A stretch of DNA of 64,000 nt. It comes from Acidobacteriota bacterium. Lineage in GTDB: Bacteria; Acidobacteriota; UBA6911; RPQK01; JADFOI01. The stretch covers positions 3,392,001 through 3,456,000 of the forward strand of contig OY760074.1 of the NCBI GenBank assembly GCA_963663035.1, read 5' to 3'. The notes beneath the pieces are model-generated. The model had not been told where the DNA came from. It made no database searches and saw only the letters and a list, made by a program, of their open reading frames with translations. Below, in pieces: positions 1 through 9,939 of the stretch. The position numbers and the translations under genes are program-made. The number at the start of each line of letters is the position of its first letter. The first letter of the stretch is position 1.

Positions 1-1
1 T

Positions 2-331
2 CCCGAGCATGCCAGTACCTTGAGTGAAGGTGGATTCGACAAGACAAAAATCAGGGAGTGGTTGTTTGACAACGCCCGTGTGCCCTTGAAGGAGTTCTCG
101 CAGGACAATGTCAGGAACGTTTTGAGGAAACGGCGACCTCACCTTTTTGAACAAGGTGATCCCCAGACGGTTTCACTCGTCGATCGAATGGAAGACCTGG
201 TCATCGTCGTCGTGGGCGGACCCGGGAAACATTCGGTTTTTGTGCCGACCTTTGGAGCAAGCCACAGTGTGACCACCCCCATCGAGGAGGCTGCTCCAGA
301 ATCAAAGGAGGCAGACAAAGGCAAGGAATAG
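2..331 (+). CDS. Conserved hypothetical protein, C-terminal part (5' end outside window)
   Basis: Frame is open from the window edge (PEHASTL...) to TAG at 331. The PEHA and VVVGGPGKHS..PTFG motifs resemble the uncharacterised partner protein of UGSC-type thioredoxin-like proteins (recalled, not searched). Confidence 0.6.
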   Translation, partial: PEHASTLSEGGFDKTKIREWLFDNARVPLKEFSQDNVRNVLRKRRPHLFEQGDPQTVSLVDRMEDLVIVVVGGPGKHSVFVPTFGASHSVTTPIEEAAPESKEADKGKE

Positions 332-342
332 GTGTTGCTCGC

Positions 343-852
343 ATGCCCTTGGAGATAACTTTCAAACTCAACGGCAAACCGGTTTCGACAACGGTGACCC
401 CCAGTCAGAGCGCGGCCGACGTTCTCCGCGAGCAGTTTCAACTCAGCAGCGTCCGTCAGTGCTGCAAACAGGGGATCTGCGGAGTGTGCACAATCTGGCT
501 TGGCAAAAAAGCGGTAAGCTCCTGCTTGTTGCTCTCACCTCTTCTGGACGGTCAGGAGGTATTCACCGTGGAGGGTATTTCCCAAGATGTTGCCGGACTC
601 GATCCCTTGCAGCAGGCCTTTGTGGCCGAGGACGCACTGCAGTGCGGTTTCTGTACTCCAGGAATGGTCATGATGGCGGGGGCACTGCTGAGAGACCATC
701 CGGAAGCGGACGAAAGTCTGATTCGGGAATACATGGTGGGGAATATTTGCCGCTGCGGCTGCTACCCTGAGATTATTCGCGCCATACAGCGCGCCTTGGG
801 GGATGATCTGAAAGGGAAGAAACAGCACGAATTTTCGGAGGGGGTGACATGA
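343..852 (+). CDS. (2Fe-2S)-binding subunit, CoxS/CutS-type (xanthine dehydrogenase family small subunit)
   Basis: CxxGxCGxC...C and QCGFCTPG...GNICRCGCY motifs. Confidence 0.93.
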   Translation: MPLEITFKLNGKPVSTTVTPSQSAADVLREQFQLSSVRQCCKQGICGVCTIWLGKKAVSSCLLLSPLLDGQEVFTVEGISQDVAGLDPLQQAFVAEDALQCGFCTPGMVMMAGALLRDHPEADESLIREYMVGNICRCGCYPEIIRAIQRALGDDLKGKKQHEFSEGVT

Positions 853-1340
853 AGACAGTTCCGGAGCTTGTGGAAGTGACCAGAAAAGTGATCGCCCAGC
901 GGGCCGGTGCCCAGGGGCAGGGCCAGGGAACACTGCGCGCAGATGTTCAACATCGCCAACAGAAGACTCTTGAGGCAACCGTCAAGGCCGGGGGTGGAGA
1001 ATTCACGTTCCTCATTGATGAACCCCGGGCCCGGGGGGGTCTGGGGGAGGGGGCTAACCCTCTTGGGTATTTTCTGGCAGGTGCCGGTGGCTGTCTTCTG
1101 ATGCAGTATGTGAGCCTGGCCATTGCCCAGGATCTGCCCATCCAGACCTTGTCGATGATCGTGCGGGCGCACATCCTCCGGCAAGTTCCCTGTCACTTTC
1201 AGGACATCGTGTATGACATATTCATAGTCGGTTCCGTCTCCCAGGAGCAGGTCGAGCAGCTGGCCGAGGAGGCCATCCCGGTCGAAACCATCATCCACCT
1301 CAACGGCAAAATCGTCCTGAATCGAAAGAAAGCTCCCTAG
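849..1340 (+). CDS. OsmC/Ohr family protein, apparently lacking the second Cys
   Basis: IDEP..GG.G.GANP..YFLAGAGGC motif; start overlaps the upstream stop (ATGA). Confidence 0.8.
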   Translation: MKTVPELVEVTRKVIAQRAGAQGQGQGTLRADVQHRQQKTLEATVKAGGGEFTFLIDEPRARGGLGEGANPLGYFLAGAGGCLLMQYVSLAIAQDLPIQTLSMIVRAHILRQVPCHFQDIVYDIFIVGSVSQEQVEQLAEEAIPVETIIHLNGKIVLNRKKAP

Positions 1341-1387
1341 AGCTGACCCCGGAAATGTTCGTGCTAAGATATTCTTGACAAAACCAA

Positions 1388-2272
1388 GTGGTGCATCCGA
1401 GAAAAGTCTTCAAACAATTGCTCCAGAGTGAAAGACTCCTGGTCGTGCCGGGGTGTTTCGATGGTCTTTCCGCACGCCTTGTGGAGGAAGCCGGATTCGA
1501 AGCCGCTTACTTGAGCGGTGGTGCAGTGGCCCGCAGCCTGGCGCTGCCCGACATCGGTCTGGTGACCCTGTCCGAGAATGTCCAGAGAGCCGCCCAGGTC
1601 GCAGCGGCTGTCAAAATACCCATTGTTGGAGATGCGGATACCGGCTATGGCAACGCTGTCAATTTGGTGAGGGCGGTACAGGAGTTTGAACGGACCGGTG
1701 TGGCCGCAATTCACATCGAAGACCAGATCACACCCAAGCGCTGTGGGCATCTGGAGGGAAAAGAGGTGATTTCGCTTGCCGAGATGGAGAAGAAGCTGGA
1801 GGCGGCTCTGGTGAGCCGGACGGACCCCGACTTCGCGATCATCGCACGCACGGATGCGCGCGCCGTACATGGGTTGGAAGAGGCCATTCGAAGGGGACGA
1901 GCCTTCGCGCGGATGGGAGTTGACGCGGTCTTTGTCGAGGCGCCTCAGTCCGAGGCCGAGCTGGTGACGATCGCTACTTCCCTGTCTGATGTGCCGCTCA
2001 TGGTCAACATGTTCAAGGGAGGAAAGACTCCCCTCCTACCGGTTTCGAAATTGGAGCAGATGGGATATCGACTTGCCATCTTTCCCTCCGAGACCCAAAG
2101 AGCGGCCATTCATGCCATGCGCAAGGCCCTGCAGCATCTCAGGGAGCAGGGAGCTACCGAGGCCATGGATCATGAGCTCACGACCTTCCAGGAGAGAGAC
2201 AGGATCGTTGGCCTGGATGACTGGCAGGAACTGGAGCAGCGGTTTCTGGTGCCGAAGCCAAAAAAGGCCTGA
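1388..2272 (+). CDS. Isocitrate lyase/PEP mutase family enzyme (methylisocitrate lyase/oxaloacetate decarboxylase-like)
   Basis: DADTGYG, IEDQ..PKRCGH and ARTDA motifs. Confidence 0.93.
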   Translation: MVHPRKVFKQLLQSERLLVVPGCFDGLSARLVEEAGFEAAYLSGGAVARSLALPDIGLVTLSENVQRAAQVAAAVKIPIVGDADTGYGNAVNLVRAVQEFERTGVAAIHIEDQITPKRCGHLEGKEVISLAEMEKKLEAALVSRTDPDFAIIARTDARAVHGLEEAIRRGRAFARMGVDAVFVEAPQSEAELVTIATSLSDVPLMVNMFKGGKTPLLPVSKLEQMGYRLAIFPSETQRAAIHAMRKALQHLREQGATEAMDHELTTFQERDRIVGLDDWQELEQRFLVPKPKKA

Positions 2273-2305
2273 GCCGGGCTAGCCGAGGCTATGTATAGGT
2301 TTTCG

Positions 2306-2345
2306 TTAAAAGAGCTTCGACCAATTTTCCTTGAGTTTCTCTCTC
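2306..2345 (-). pseudogene. Remnant of the 3' end of a UbiD paralog
   Basis: Reads REKLKENWSKLF* against RKKLKEKWSKLF* at 3766-3805; the DNA is near-identical. Confidence 0.75.
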
Positions 2346-2542
2346 TTAATCGGCTACTTTGCGAAATCGCTGACTTGCTGACCTAAGGATATTTTTTTTG
2401 CCTTTGACCCCCTCAGCGCGTAGCATTGACCTCAGCTACATTGCACAGTGAGGGGCAGGTCCGTGCTCGGTACGACCATTGAGCCGCATCCAATTTTTTG
2501 TATGCGATTTGAAACCAGGCTGCAGTGAAGAAAGGGGGGTCC

Positions 2543-3748
2543 ATGACGACCACGCGAAGAGAACTTCTCCTGACCTCGGGAGCCCTGGCAGGAGCGTCGA
2601 TGCTTCCAGTGGGGGCAGCACCCGCGGCGCAGTCAACCACTAATCTCCAGAGTGCCCAGCAATTGGCCGATGACGTAGGCAATGCCCTGAATGTCTGGGA
2701 TTTCAAGGGCATTGCGGAAAAACGCCTACCCTACTCATCCTGGTCTCAAATCAGAGGGGCTGCAGCCGATGAGCTCACCTTCAGATGGAACCGGGAGTCC
2801 TTTGACCGGATTCGCCTGCGGCCCGATGTCCTGGTGGATCACACAGGTTTGGACACCCGTACGCGCCTGTTTGGACAGGAAATGCCGTTTCCTATCTTGA
2901 TATGCCCAACCGGCGCAAGCCGGAACTGTCATCCTGACGCGGAAGTCGCCACGGCCCGCGGTGCCGGTATGGCTGGAGCTACCATGGCGATCAGCAGCAA
3001 TGCCAGCAAGACGGTGGAGGAGATCGCCGCGGCAGCCACCAGCCCCCTCTGGTTTCAGGTCTACATGCTGAGGGATCGTTCCTTTCTCCGCGATCAGGTC
3101 CAGCGGGTGGAGGACGCAGGCTGCAAGGCCCTCTGTTTGGTCCTGGACAGCCCTATCCAGGGTCCTCGCAACCGGGCCCGGCGGGCCTCTCAGACCGGGA
3201 CTCCCTCCAGCGGCGGCTCCGGTCGTCCCAACCTCCAGGGCCAGAGGTTAGCCGAGCAGTTGGAACACCCGAGATTGCACCGGTACAAGGATCCCTCCGC
3301 CACTTGGAAGGACCTCAATTGGCTCTGCTCCATCGCCCGTGTTCCCGTTCTGATGAAGGGTGTGCTCGATCACCAAAACGCGGAACAGGGAATACAAGAA
3401 GGAGTGGGCGGCATTATTGTCTCCAATCATGGGGGTCGCAACCTGGACACCGCTCCGGCCACCGTCGATGCGTTGCCTGAAATCGTTGACCGGGTGGACG
3501 GTCGAGTACCGGTTCTGATCGATGGTGGCATCCGCCGCGGCACTGACGTCTTGAAGGCCCTGGCTCTGGGTGCCAACGCTGTCATGATTGGACGAGCCTA
3601 CCTTTACGGGTTAGCTGCCAACGGTCCTGAAGGGGTGAGCCGCGTACTTGAGATTCTGCAGACGGAGTTGGAGATGGCCATGGTTCTTACCGGCCGTCCC
3701 ACCATTGCCAGTATCGACCGAAGTGTGCTCTGGTCTCCCCCGGCATAA
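2543..3748 (+). CDS. FMN-dependent alpha-hydroxy acid oxidase/dehydrogenase with Tat signal
   Basis: TRRELL signal; WFQVY, VSNHGGRNLD and DGGIRRGTD motifs; ATG 2543 follows a G-rich RBS. Confidence 0.92.
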   Translation: MTTTRRELLLTSGALAGASMLPVGAAPAAQSTTNLQSAQQLADDVGNALNVWDFKGIAEKRLPYSSWSQIRGAAADELTFRWNRESFDRIRLRPDVLVDHTGLDTRTRLFGQEMPFPILICPTGASRNCHPDAEVATARGAGMAGATMAISSNASKTVEEIAAAATSPLWFQVYMLRDRSFLRDQVQRVEDAGCKALCLVLDSPIQGPRNRARRASQTGTPSSGGSGRPNLQGQRLAEQLEHPRLHRYKDPSATWKDLNWLCSIARVPVLMKGVLDHQNAEQGIQEGVGGIIVSNHGGRNLDTAPATVDALPEIVDRVDGRVPVLIDGGIRRGTDVLKALALGANAVMIGRAYLYGLAANGPEGVSRVLEILQTELEMAMVLTGRPTIASIDRSVLWSPPA

Positions 3749-3765
3749 GCCGGGCTAGGATGTCG

Positions 3766-5206
3766 CTAAAACAGCTTCGACCACTTTTCCTTGAGTTTCT
3801 TTCTCAGCTCAGGGGTAACCTTTGATGGTACTGAAAACTCTTTGATCCAGTAGAAAGGCTTGCAGGCATCGATAATGGCCAGCGAGTGCTCGAATTGCCC
3901 ACGCTTTCTTTGCTCAGGAGGCAGCAGGACGTCGGGACCTGGGCCAGCCCACCAGCCTCTAATAATATCGATGGACTCCACTGGATCGCACCTAGTTCCC
4001 AAAGCCCAAAGAACGTCTGAGATATTGGTTGGGTCTACGTCTTCGTCTACCACGATGACATATCTCAGCATGTAAGCAACGGCATTGCAGCTGGCGGCCG
4101 CCAGTGCCGTCTGCTTGGCATGCCCTCCATACATCTGCTTGATAGAGACCACTGCCATGTGGCGAAGTCCGGCCTCACCAATAAGCCAGGTGCCCTGAAC
4201 ACCGGGTACCTGCTTATCCAGTTCATCCCATAGGACTGCTGACATATGGATGTCTCGGCCCAGTGTCCACAGAGACGGGTGAACTGCGGGCGGATTTCCC
4301 AAGATTATGGGATCGTTACGGTATAACATGGACTTGACCTTGAAGACAGGCATATCTTCCCCTGGGTCAATATAATAACCAGCCCAGTCACCAAACAAAG
4401 GTACCGGCCTTGGCGGTTCTACCTCTGGTCTTAGAATTTCCCCTTCCAGTACGATCTCAGCGGCGGCTGGCAGGGGTAGATCGGTGGTTTCACCTCTGGT
4501 CACCTCCACGGGGGCGCCCCTATACCATCCCGCATAGTCGTATTCAGATGTCCCCCAGGGGACGTTCAGGCCAGCTGCCATTTGAAGTCCTGGTTCCTGG
4601 CCGCAGGAGACGGCCACTGGACAGTTCTGCCCCCTGGAAAAATTTGTTCATGATGATCCGGTTGTGCCTGCCAGGCGACATAAAGACCGCGGATGTTGTC
4701 TTGTCAAAGATTGGAACCATCTGAGCGGCAATGTTCACCCAACCCTCGTCCGGGTCTCTCGTTAGCACGAGGTCACCGGTACCAATATATCGGCCTGTGT
4801 CACCTTCGCGCCATCTCGGTGCCGGCAACTTGAACAGGTCTACTTCATCACCAACCAGTATATTTTCCTTGAGCGGGCCGCTCTCAACCTCCACAGGAGG
4901 CACCAGCTTGACTCCCTGCTTGAGCTTACTTCGCATCGTCTTGACCTGGTCTGCCTTGCTCGCCTCCAAGGGCAAGTCCAAACCGAGAGCAGTACGTCTG
5001 GACGAGGCGAAAGGGTTGCTGGCCACACGATATCCCGGTGGGTAATCCTTGATGTTGTCAAACATCAGCAATGGAGAGTCAGGAGTTTCCGCCTTCAAAT
5101 CCGAAAGGGCTCCCAGTTCCACATCCCAGTGGGCTCCGTCAATCACTTCCACCTCTCCCAATTCCTCAGCTTTTTCTATGAATTCCCTGAGATCATTAAA
5201 GGGCAT
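3766..5206 (-). pseudogene. UbiD-family (prFMN-dependent) decarboxylase, frameshifted
   Basis: MPFNDLREFI N-terminus and AEIVLEGEI...FGDWAGYY...ALGTRCDP C-terminus lie in different frames; the break is at a homopolymer near 4630-4634. Confidence 0.88.
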
Positions 5207-5400
5207 CTTGTCCTCCTCTGGGTAGTTGCACGTTACTCTGTTTTGAGTGCCACGGTGGACCACAAGACTGAGTTAATCAGAGCAGAGGGTAGATGGCTAC
5301 GCAACTTTTTTTCTCTCTTTTTCGGTTTGAGACAGGATTTCACACACCTTTGCCGTGGGCAGCGCAGCCCCGGGGTGGGGGAATTCGCTTCTTGGATCTA

Positions 5401-5601
5401 ATCCAAATTTTTGGATTGCCTTGGTGTTATGGACTAAGTGATTTAAAAACAACCAGTTAACGAATCTCTTACCCGCTAGGATCAGCCAGCCAATCCAAAT
5501 TTTTGAATTTTGAGGTACCGCTCGGTTGGCTGTCGGTTAAAAGTTCTCCTTTAAAATCAATAGGTTGAACGAAATATGCCGTTGGTGGAACGTGTTTTGC
5601 T
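5401..5601 (+). promoter_or_regulatory. Putative sigma54 promoter with upstream activator and IHF-like sites
   Basis: TGGAAC-N5-TTGCT at 5586-5601; IHF consensus AATCAA-N4-TTG at 5555-5567; palindromic ATCCAAATTTTTGGAT at 5401-5416 with a second copy near 5492-5509. Confidence 0.65.
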
Positions 5602-5742
5602 TGCATTAACCTAAATTTCACGATATATCCACGTGAAATTGGGAGAGAGCAAATTTCTTGAAATTGCGGGAGTGGAGAGGGTCCAGCGCAGATGCCGATC
5701 GTCAGCCTGAGTCCACTTCTGACTGCGGCTTGAAAACTTTGC

Positions 5743-5770
5743 TTGACAAGTTGCGAAACCTCGATGTAAT
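5743..5770 (+). promoter_or_regulatory. Putative sigma70 promoter of the TonB receptor gene
   Basis: TTGACA-16-TGTAAT. Confidence 0.45.
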
Positions 5771-5876
5771 CTCAAGAAAAACCAGAACACTTAAGATTTT
5801 ATTCGGGATCCGAACATACCTGTAAAAGTCTATACATCAATCGTGTGAGAGAAATCTCAAGAAGGGGGACAAAACG

Positions 5877-8800
5877 ATGAGACTCTATTATCTAGCCTTG
5901 GTTGGTATTCTTTCTCTAAACAGTGCCCAACTGCTCTTTGCCCAGACCACTGGGACGATTTCTGGGGCAGTCACAGATGAAACTGCTGCCGCGTTGCCGG
6001 GAGTGGAAATGACCGCAACCCATGTGGACACGGGTATCACCCGTACCGTGGTCTCCGATGACGTGGGCCGATACCGGATAACCAATCTCAACGTGGGCAG
6101 CTACGAAATAGTGGCCAGCCTTCCCGGTTTTCAGAGCGGGGTTCGAAGTGGACTCTCCCTGACCATGGGCCGCGAGGCAGTAGTCGATTTTACCCTCAGA
6201 GTTGGAGAAATCACGGAGCGGGTCCAGGTCATCGGAGAAGCTTCGTTGGTGGAGACTACCTCCAGCAGCCTGGGCAGCCTGGTGGATCGGAAGACGATCC
6301 TGGATCTGCCTCTCAATGGCCGCGATCTGACCACCCTGATTTCGCTGCAGCCCGGGGCGACGCGGTCCACCACCGGCAGCACCGGCGGCAGTGCAGGATT
6401 CAGCCGGGACGTCTCCATCTCGGGAGCCCGGCCCTCCCACAGCGCCTTTTTGCTGGATGGGACCGAGGTCAAGTCAATAGACGGAGGACTTCCGGCGGGA
6501 GTCTCTGGCAATTTTCTGGGTGGAGAAGCCGTTCAGGAATTTAAGGTGGAGAGAAATGCCTACAGTGCTGAGTATGGGGGCAGTGGCGGAGGAGCGATCA
6601 ACGTTCTGAGCAAGGCGGGGAGCAATATTTACCACGGCTCGCTCTACTACTTTCACCGCAACGACAACCTGGATGCCGCGGAATTTCGGGCTGGCACTGT
6701 TGTGGATTCGTCTGGCGCTTTCGCCGGCAAGATTAAGCCGGAATTCAAGCGCCACCAGTACGGTTTTAGCGCCGGTGGGCCGATTATCACGAATCGGACC
6801 TTCTTCTTTGGCAACTATGAAGGACTGCGGGAGGGCCGGGGATTTACCTCCACGCTGCGCACCCTCACCGCGGCTGCGCGAAACGGCGACTTGCCGAGCG
6901 GACAGGTGCAGGTTCTCCCTGGAATGGTCCCTTACCTGGCTTTGTGGCCCTTGCCCGGACCTGGCGCCATAGACCAGGGAAACGGAACAACCCGGGAAGC
7001 AGTGGGCCGCGTTCAACCGACGCAGGAAGACTTCTACCAGGTGCGGGTGGATCACAACTTCTCGGATGCGGATTCTGTCTTTGCGCGGGTGACTCGCCAA
7101 GATTCCGAGCGAATCCCCCCCGGGACCCTGAGATGGGACAAGCGCCAGTGGACCTACAACACCTTCATTACCCTCGAGGAGAAGAAAATTATCTCGCCCA
7201 CTCTGCTCAATACCCTTCGTTTCAGCTTCAACCGCCGTGGACTGGCAGAAGAGGACATTGAAACCGACCCGGTTGATCCCAGCCTGCTGTTTGTACCGGC
7301 GGACAAGTGGCCACTTCGGGTCCCTCAGACTCTGGGAATTGTGAGTGTCGATGACCTTTCAACCTTAGGATCGGATCGCGGCCTTTTCGATCGCTTGGTA
7401 AACTACTTTCAGTTGGGCGAGGATCTTGTCTACCTCCGCGGAGCGCATTCTCTGAAGGCCGGATTTAGCTTTCGGCGCATTCAACTGAATGGGGACAGCA
7501 ACTCCCGTAAGGCTGGAGACTTCAGTTTTGGCCCCATTGAGAACTTGCTGCGCGGCGAGCCGGAGACCTGGCGAGGCGAGTTCCTGCCCGAGGGCATCGG
7601 TATCCGCGGATTTCGTTGGTCCCTCTGGGGCTGGTACCTTCAGGACGACTGGAAGGTCCATCCACAGCTGACTTTGAACCTGGGCTTCCGGCATGAGTTT
7701 TACACCGTGCCCACGGAGGTCAACGGGAGAATTGCCAACCTGAAAAATCCCTTTACGGACACTGTTCAGGCCATCGCCGAAAACACAGACTCTTCTATCG
7801 TCGGCACAACCCTAACGCAATGGTTTGAGAATCCTTCTTTGAAAAGTTTCATGCCCCGCATCGGTCTGGCCTGGGATCCTACCGGCGACGGCAAGATGGC
7901 CATCCGGGCAGGTGGTGGAATCTTCTATAATCACATCCAGCCGCAGTTGTTTCGGCAGACGGCCTTCCGCGGAGCGCCCTTTACCCTGCAAACGCGACTG
8001 ACCGGTGATGCGCCGGGGGACATTCCCTTTATAGGCATTTACGACTTTATCGTAAACCAGGGAGAAGGGGAGTCGGAGATATACGCTTTTCCCTTCGACT
8101 GGGGAAGAAATCCACACATGCTCCAGTGGAATCTGAACATCCAGCGGGAGATTCTGCCCCAAACTGCGCTCACGGTGGGCTATGCCGGTTCCCGGGGTTT
8201 AAACCTGATGGATATACAGAACCTGAATGTGGCCGAGGCTGAGAACGTCAATGGCAGGTATGTATTCGCAGCGGACGCTGAGCGACGCAATACCTTCTAT
8301 GATCTGCAGCTGAGAAGCCTGGAATCGTCGATCAGTTCCTGGTATCACAGCTTTCAGGCGGGACTGCAGCGTCGCTTCCAGGCGGGATGGCAGCTGCAGC
8401 TTTCCTACACGCACTCCAGAACCCAGGATCAGAGCTCCCAGGTCAGTAGCGCCTTCCGCAATGACTCTGGCGGAGTTAACTATTATCCGGATCCGATGAT
8501 GCGCTGGAGCCTGGCTGCTTTTCACCTCGCCGATAACTTTTCAGGCAGCTGGGTGTGGCTGCTGCCTGTCGGTCCCGGCCAGCAATTTGGCGCCGATTGG
8601 ACCGGCGTGGCAGGCAAGATCCTGGGCGGCTGGCAGCTGTCTGGAATTCTGACTCTGGCTTCGGGACCTCCGGCTACCGTTGGCACTTCAACGCCGAGGG
8701 CTCTGACCAGACTCAAGTTCGGGAGCCAGGGACCCGATCTGGCACCCGGGGGGGACCTGAGTCCGGTGACCGGGGATCCAGACCAATATTTCGACGTCTC

Positions 8801-9092
8801 GAACTTTGTTTTTGCGCCGTCTCGAACCATCGGCAACGTGGGGCGAAACACGCTGAAAGCGCCGGGCGTGGCTAATCTGGATTTCTCTCTGACCAAGAAC
8901 ACGGAGGTTTCCGAGCAGGCCACGTTGCAGTTTCGGGCCGAGTTCTTTAACCTGCTCAACCGGCCGAACTTTAGCTTGCCTGCCACAAGGGTTTTTGGTA
9001 GCACTGGAAAACCCTCTAGTAGCGCCGGATTCATCAGCGGCACGACCACCACGTCGCGCCAGATTCAGTTTGGTCTGCGCTTGGAGTTTTAG
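5877..9092 (+). CDS. TonB-dependent receptor, Oar-like, with carboxypeptidase-regulatory-like N-domain
   Basis: Signal peptide; LPLNGRD, AVQEFKV..NAYSAEYG, YLQDDWK, PRIGLAWD and FRAEFFN motifs; RQIQFGLRLEF beta-signal. Confidence 0.95.
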   Translation: MRLYYLALVGILSLNSAQLLFAQTTGTISGAVTDETAAALPGVEMTATHVDTGITRTVVSDDVGRYRITNLNVGSYEIVASLPGFQSGVRSGLSLTMGREAVVDFTLRVGEITERVQVIGEASLVETTSSSLGSLVDRKTILDLPLNGRDLTTLISLQPGATRSTTGSTGGSAGFSRDVSISGARPSHSAFLLDGTEVKSIDGGLPAGVSGNFLGGEAVQEFKVERNAYSAEYGGSGGGAINVLSKAGSNIYHGSLYYFHRNDNLDAAEFRAGTVVDSSGAFAGKIKPEFKRHQYGFSAGGPIITNRTFFFGNYEGLREGRGFTSTLRTLTAAARNGDLPSGQVQVLPGMVPYLALWPLPGPGAIDQGNGTTREAVGRVQPTQEDFYQVRVDHNFSDADSVFARVTRQDSERIPPGTLRWDKRQWTYNTFITLEEKKIISPTLLNTLRFSFNRRGLAEEDIETDPVDPSLLFVPADKWPLRVPQTLGIVSVDDLSTLGSDRGLFDRLVNYFQLGEDLVYLRGAHSLKAGFSFRRIQLNGDSNSRKAGDFSFGPIENLLRGEPETWRGEFLPEGIGIRGFRWSLWGWYLQDDWKVHPQLTLNLGFRHEFYTVPTEVNGRIANLKNPFTDTVQAIAENTDSSIVGTTLTQWFENPSLKSFMPRIGLAWDPTGDGKMAIRAGGGIFYNHIQPQLFRQTAFRGAPFTLQTRLTGDAPGDIPFIGIYDFIVNQGEGESEIYAFPFDWGRNPHMLQWNLNIQREILPQTALTVGYAGSRGLNLMDIQNLNVAEAENVNGRYVFAADAERRNTFYDLQLRSLESSISSWYHSFQAGLQRRFQAGWQLQLSYTHSRTQDQSSQVSSAFRNDSGGVNYYPDPMMRWSLAAFHLADNFSGSWVWLLPVGPGQQFGADWTGVAGKILGGWQLSGILTLASGPPATVGTSTPRALTRLKFGSQGPDLAPGGDLSPVTGDPDQYFDVSNFVFAPSRTIGNVGRNTLKAPGVANLDFSLTKNTEVSEQATLQFRAEFFNLLNRPNFSLPATRVFGSTGKPSSSAGFISGTTTTSRQIQFGLRLEF

Positions 9093-9110
9093 CCGAGAAG
9101 GGTTGCAGTC

Positions 9111-9187
9111 GAGCTTTTCCGCTGGCTAAGCGGAAAAGCTCAAGATAGAAAAAAGGAGTTCTTCCTAACCAGGGGGACTCCTTTTTT
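9111..9187. terminator. Two hairpins, the second a bidirectional rho-independent terminator
   Basis: GAGCTTTTCCGCT...AGCGGAAAAGCTC (9111-9141), then AAAAAAGGAGT...ACTCCTTTTTT. Confidence 0.75.
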
Positions 9188-9265
9188 CATTTTAAGAGAG
9201 ACGAAGGGGTTAACAAGAAAATCGGTCACCATGGGCGAATTTTTACTTTTTCTTTCTCCTTACTA

Positions 9266-9412
9266 TTGCCAGTGTTCTGTACCGTTTTGCTGATGACGGC
9301 CGGGGCCATAAGTCAATCCATCCCCTCCAAGCTGATCGTCTATCCCGAACTGATCGTCAACAACGGCAAGATTTTGACTGCGGACGAGCAGTTTTCCATC
9401 GTTGAGGCGGTG
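9266..9412 (+). pseudogene. N-terminal stub of a YtcJ-like amidohydrolase
   Basis: SQSIPSKLIVYPELIVNNGKILTADEQFSIVEAV matches the paralogs in this window, then similarity stops. Confidence 0.8.
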
Positions 9413-9534
9413 GGCCCGCTGGATGATGACCTTGCGGATTGGCCCAAAGACCGGGACACTCGGTTGGTCGAAGAACAGAGACAGCGTCTTCGATCTTTGA
9501 ACTCAGGCGGAGACGAAATAGAGGTCTCCTGTGA

Positions 9535-9625
9535 CCCATCCACGGGTCGAGTTCGGTCGAGGGATCTGCAGTCAGACGCTCGGCCGTCCCTCCGGTAGCG
9601 GGGATGATCCAGATTTCTTCCATCA
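9535..9625 (-). pseudogene. TolB/PD40 repeat fragment
   Basis: EEIWIIPATGGTAERLTADPSTELDPW. Confidence 0.55.
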
Positions 9626-9726
9626 GGTCGACGGCCTGTCAACTGATGACTTTATAGTCGATGCGTTTCTCTGACCAGTGCAGGATGCCGACGCAGGGGG
9701 CCTCAAGCTCTGGCGAGGTGCGCATC

Positions 9727-9891
9727 ACCGTTGAAAAACGCCATTTGCCCGCTTCCTCACAGCTTGCCCTGCCTGCCCTGAGCGAAGTCGAAGGGTCGCG
9801 GCTCGGAATGGGCGGGCTGAAAAGGCTGCACTTGCCAAGCCTCGCGCGTTAGCAAGCGGACCCAGACACCAGTTATTCAACAACCTCCTAG
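9727..9891. mobile_element. Degenerate MITE-like element
   Basis: Ends GTTGAAAAA / TTATTCAAC(AACCT) followed by CTAG; contains a CCCTGAGCGAAGTCGAAGGG repeat. Confidence 0.5.
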
Positions 9892-9939
9892 AGGACTTCA
9901 AGCGCGGCCTCAACGAAAGAAAAATCAACCTCGCCCGAA

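Noticed and set aside
343-852. Aerobic CO dehydrogenase operon (with CoxM at 63720)
   Set aside because: The subunits are 63 kb apart and no large subunit is visible, so the substrate cannot be assigned.
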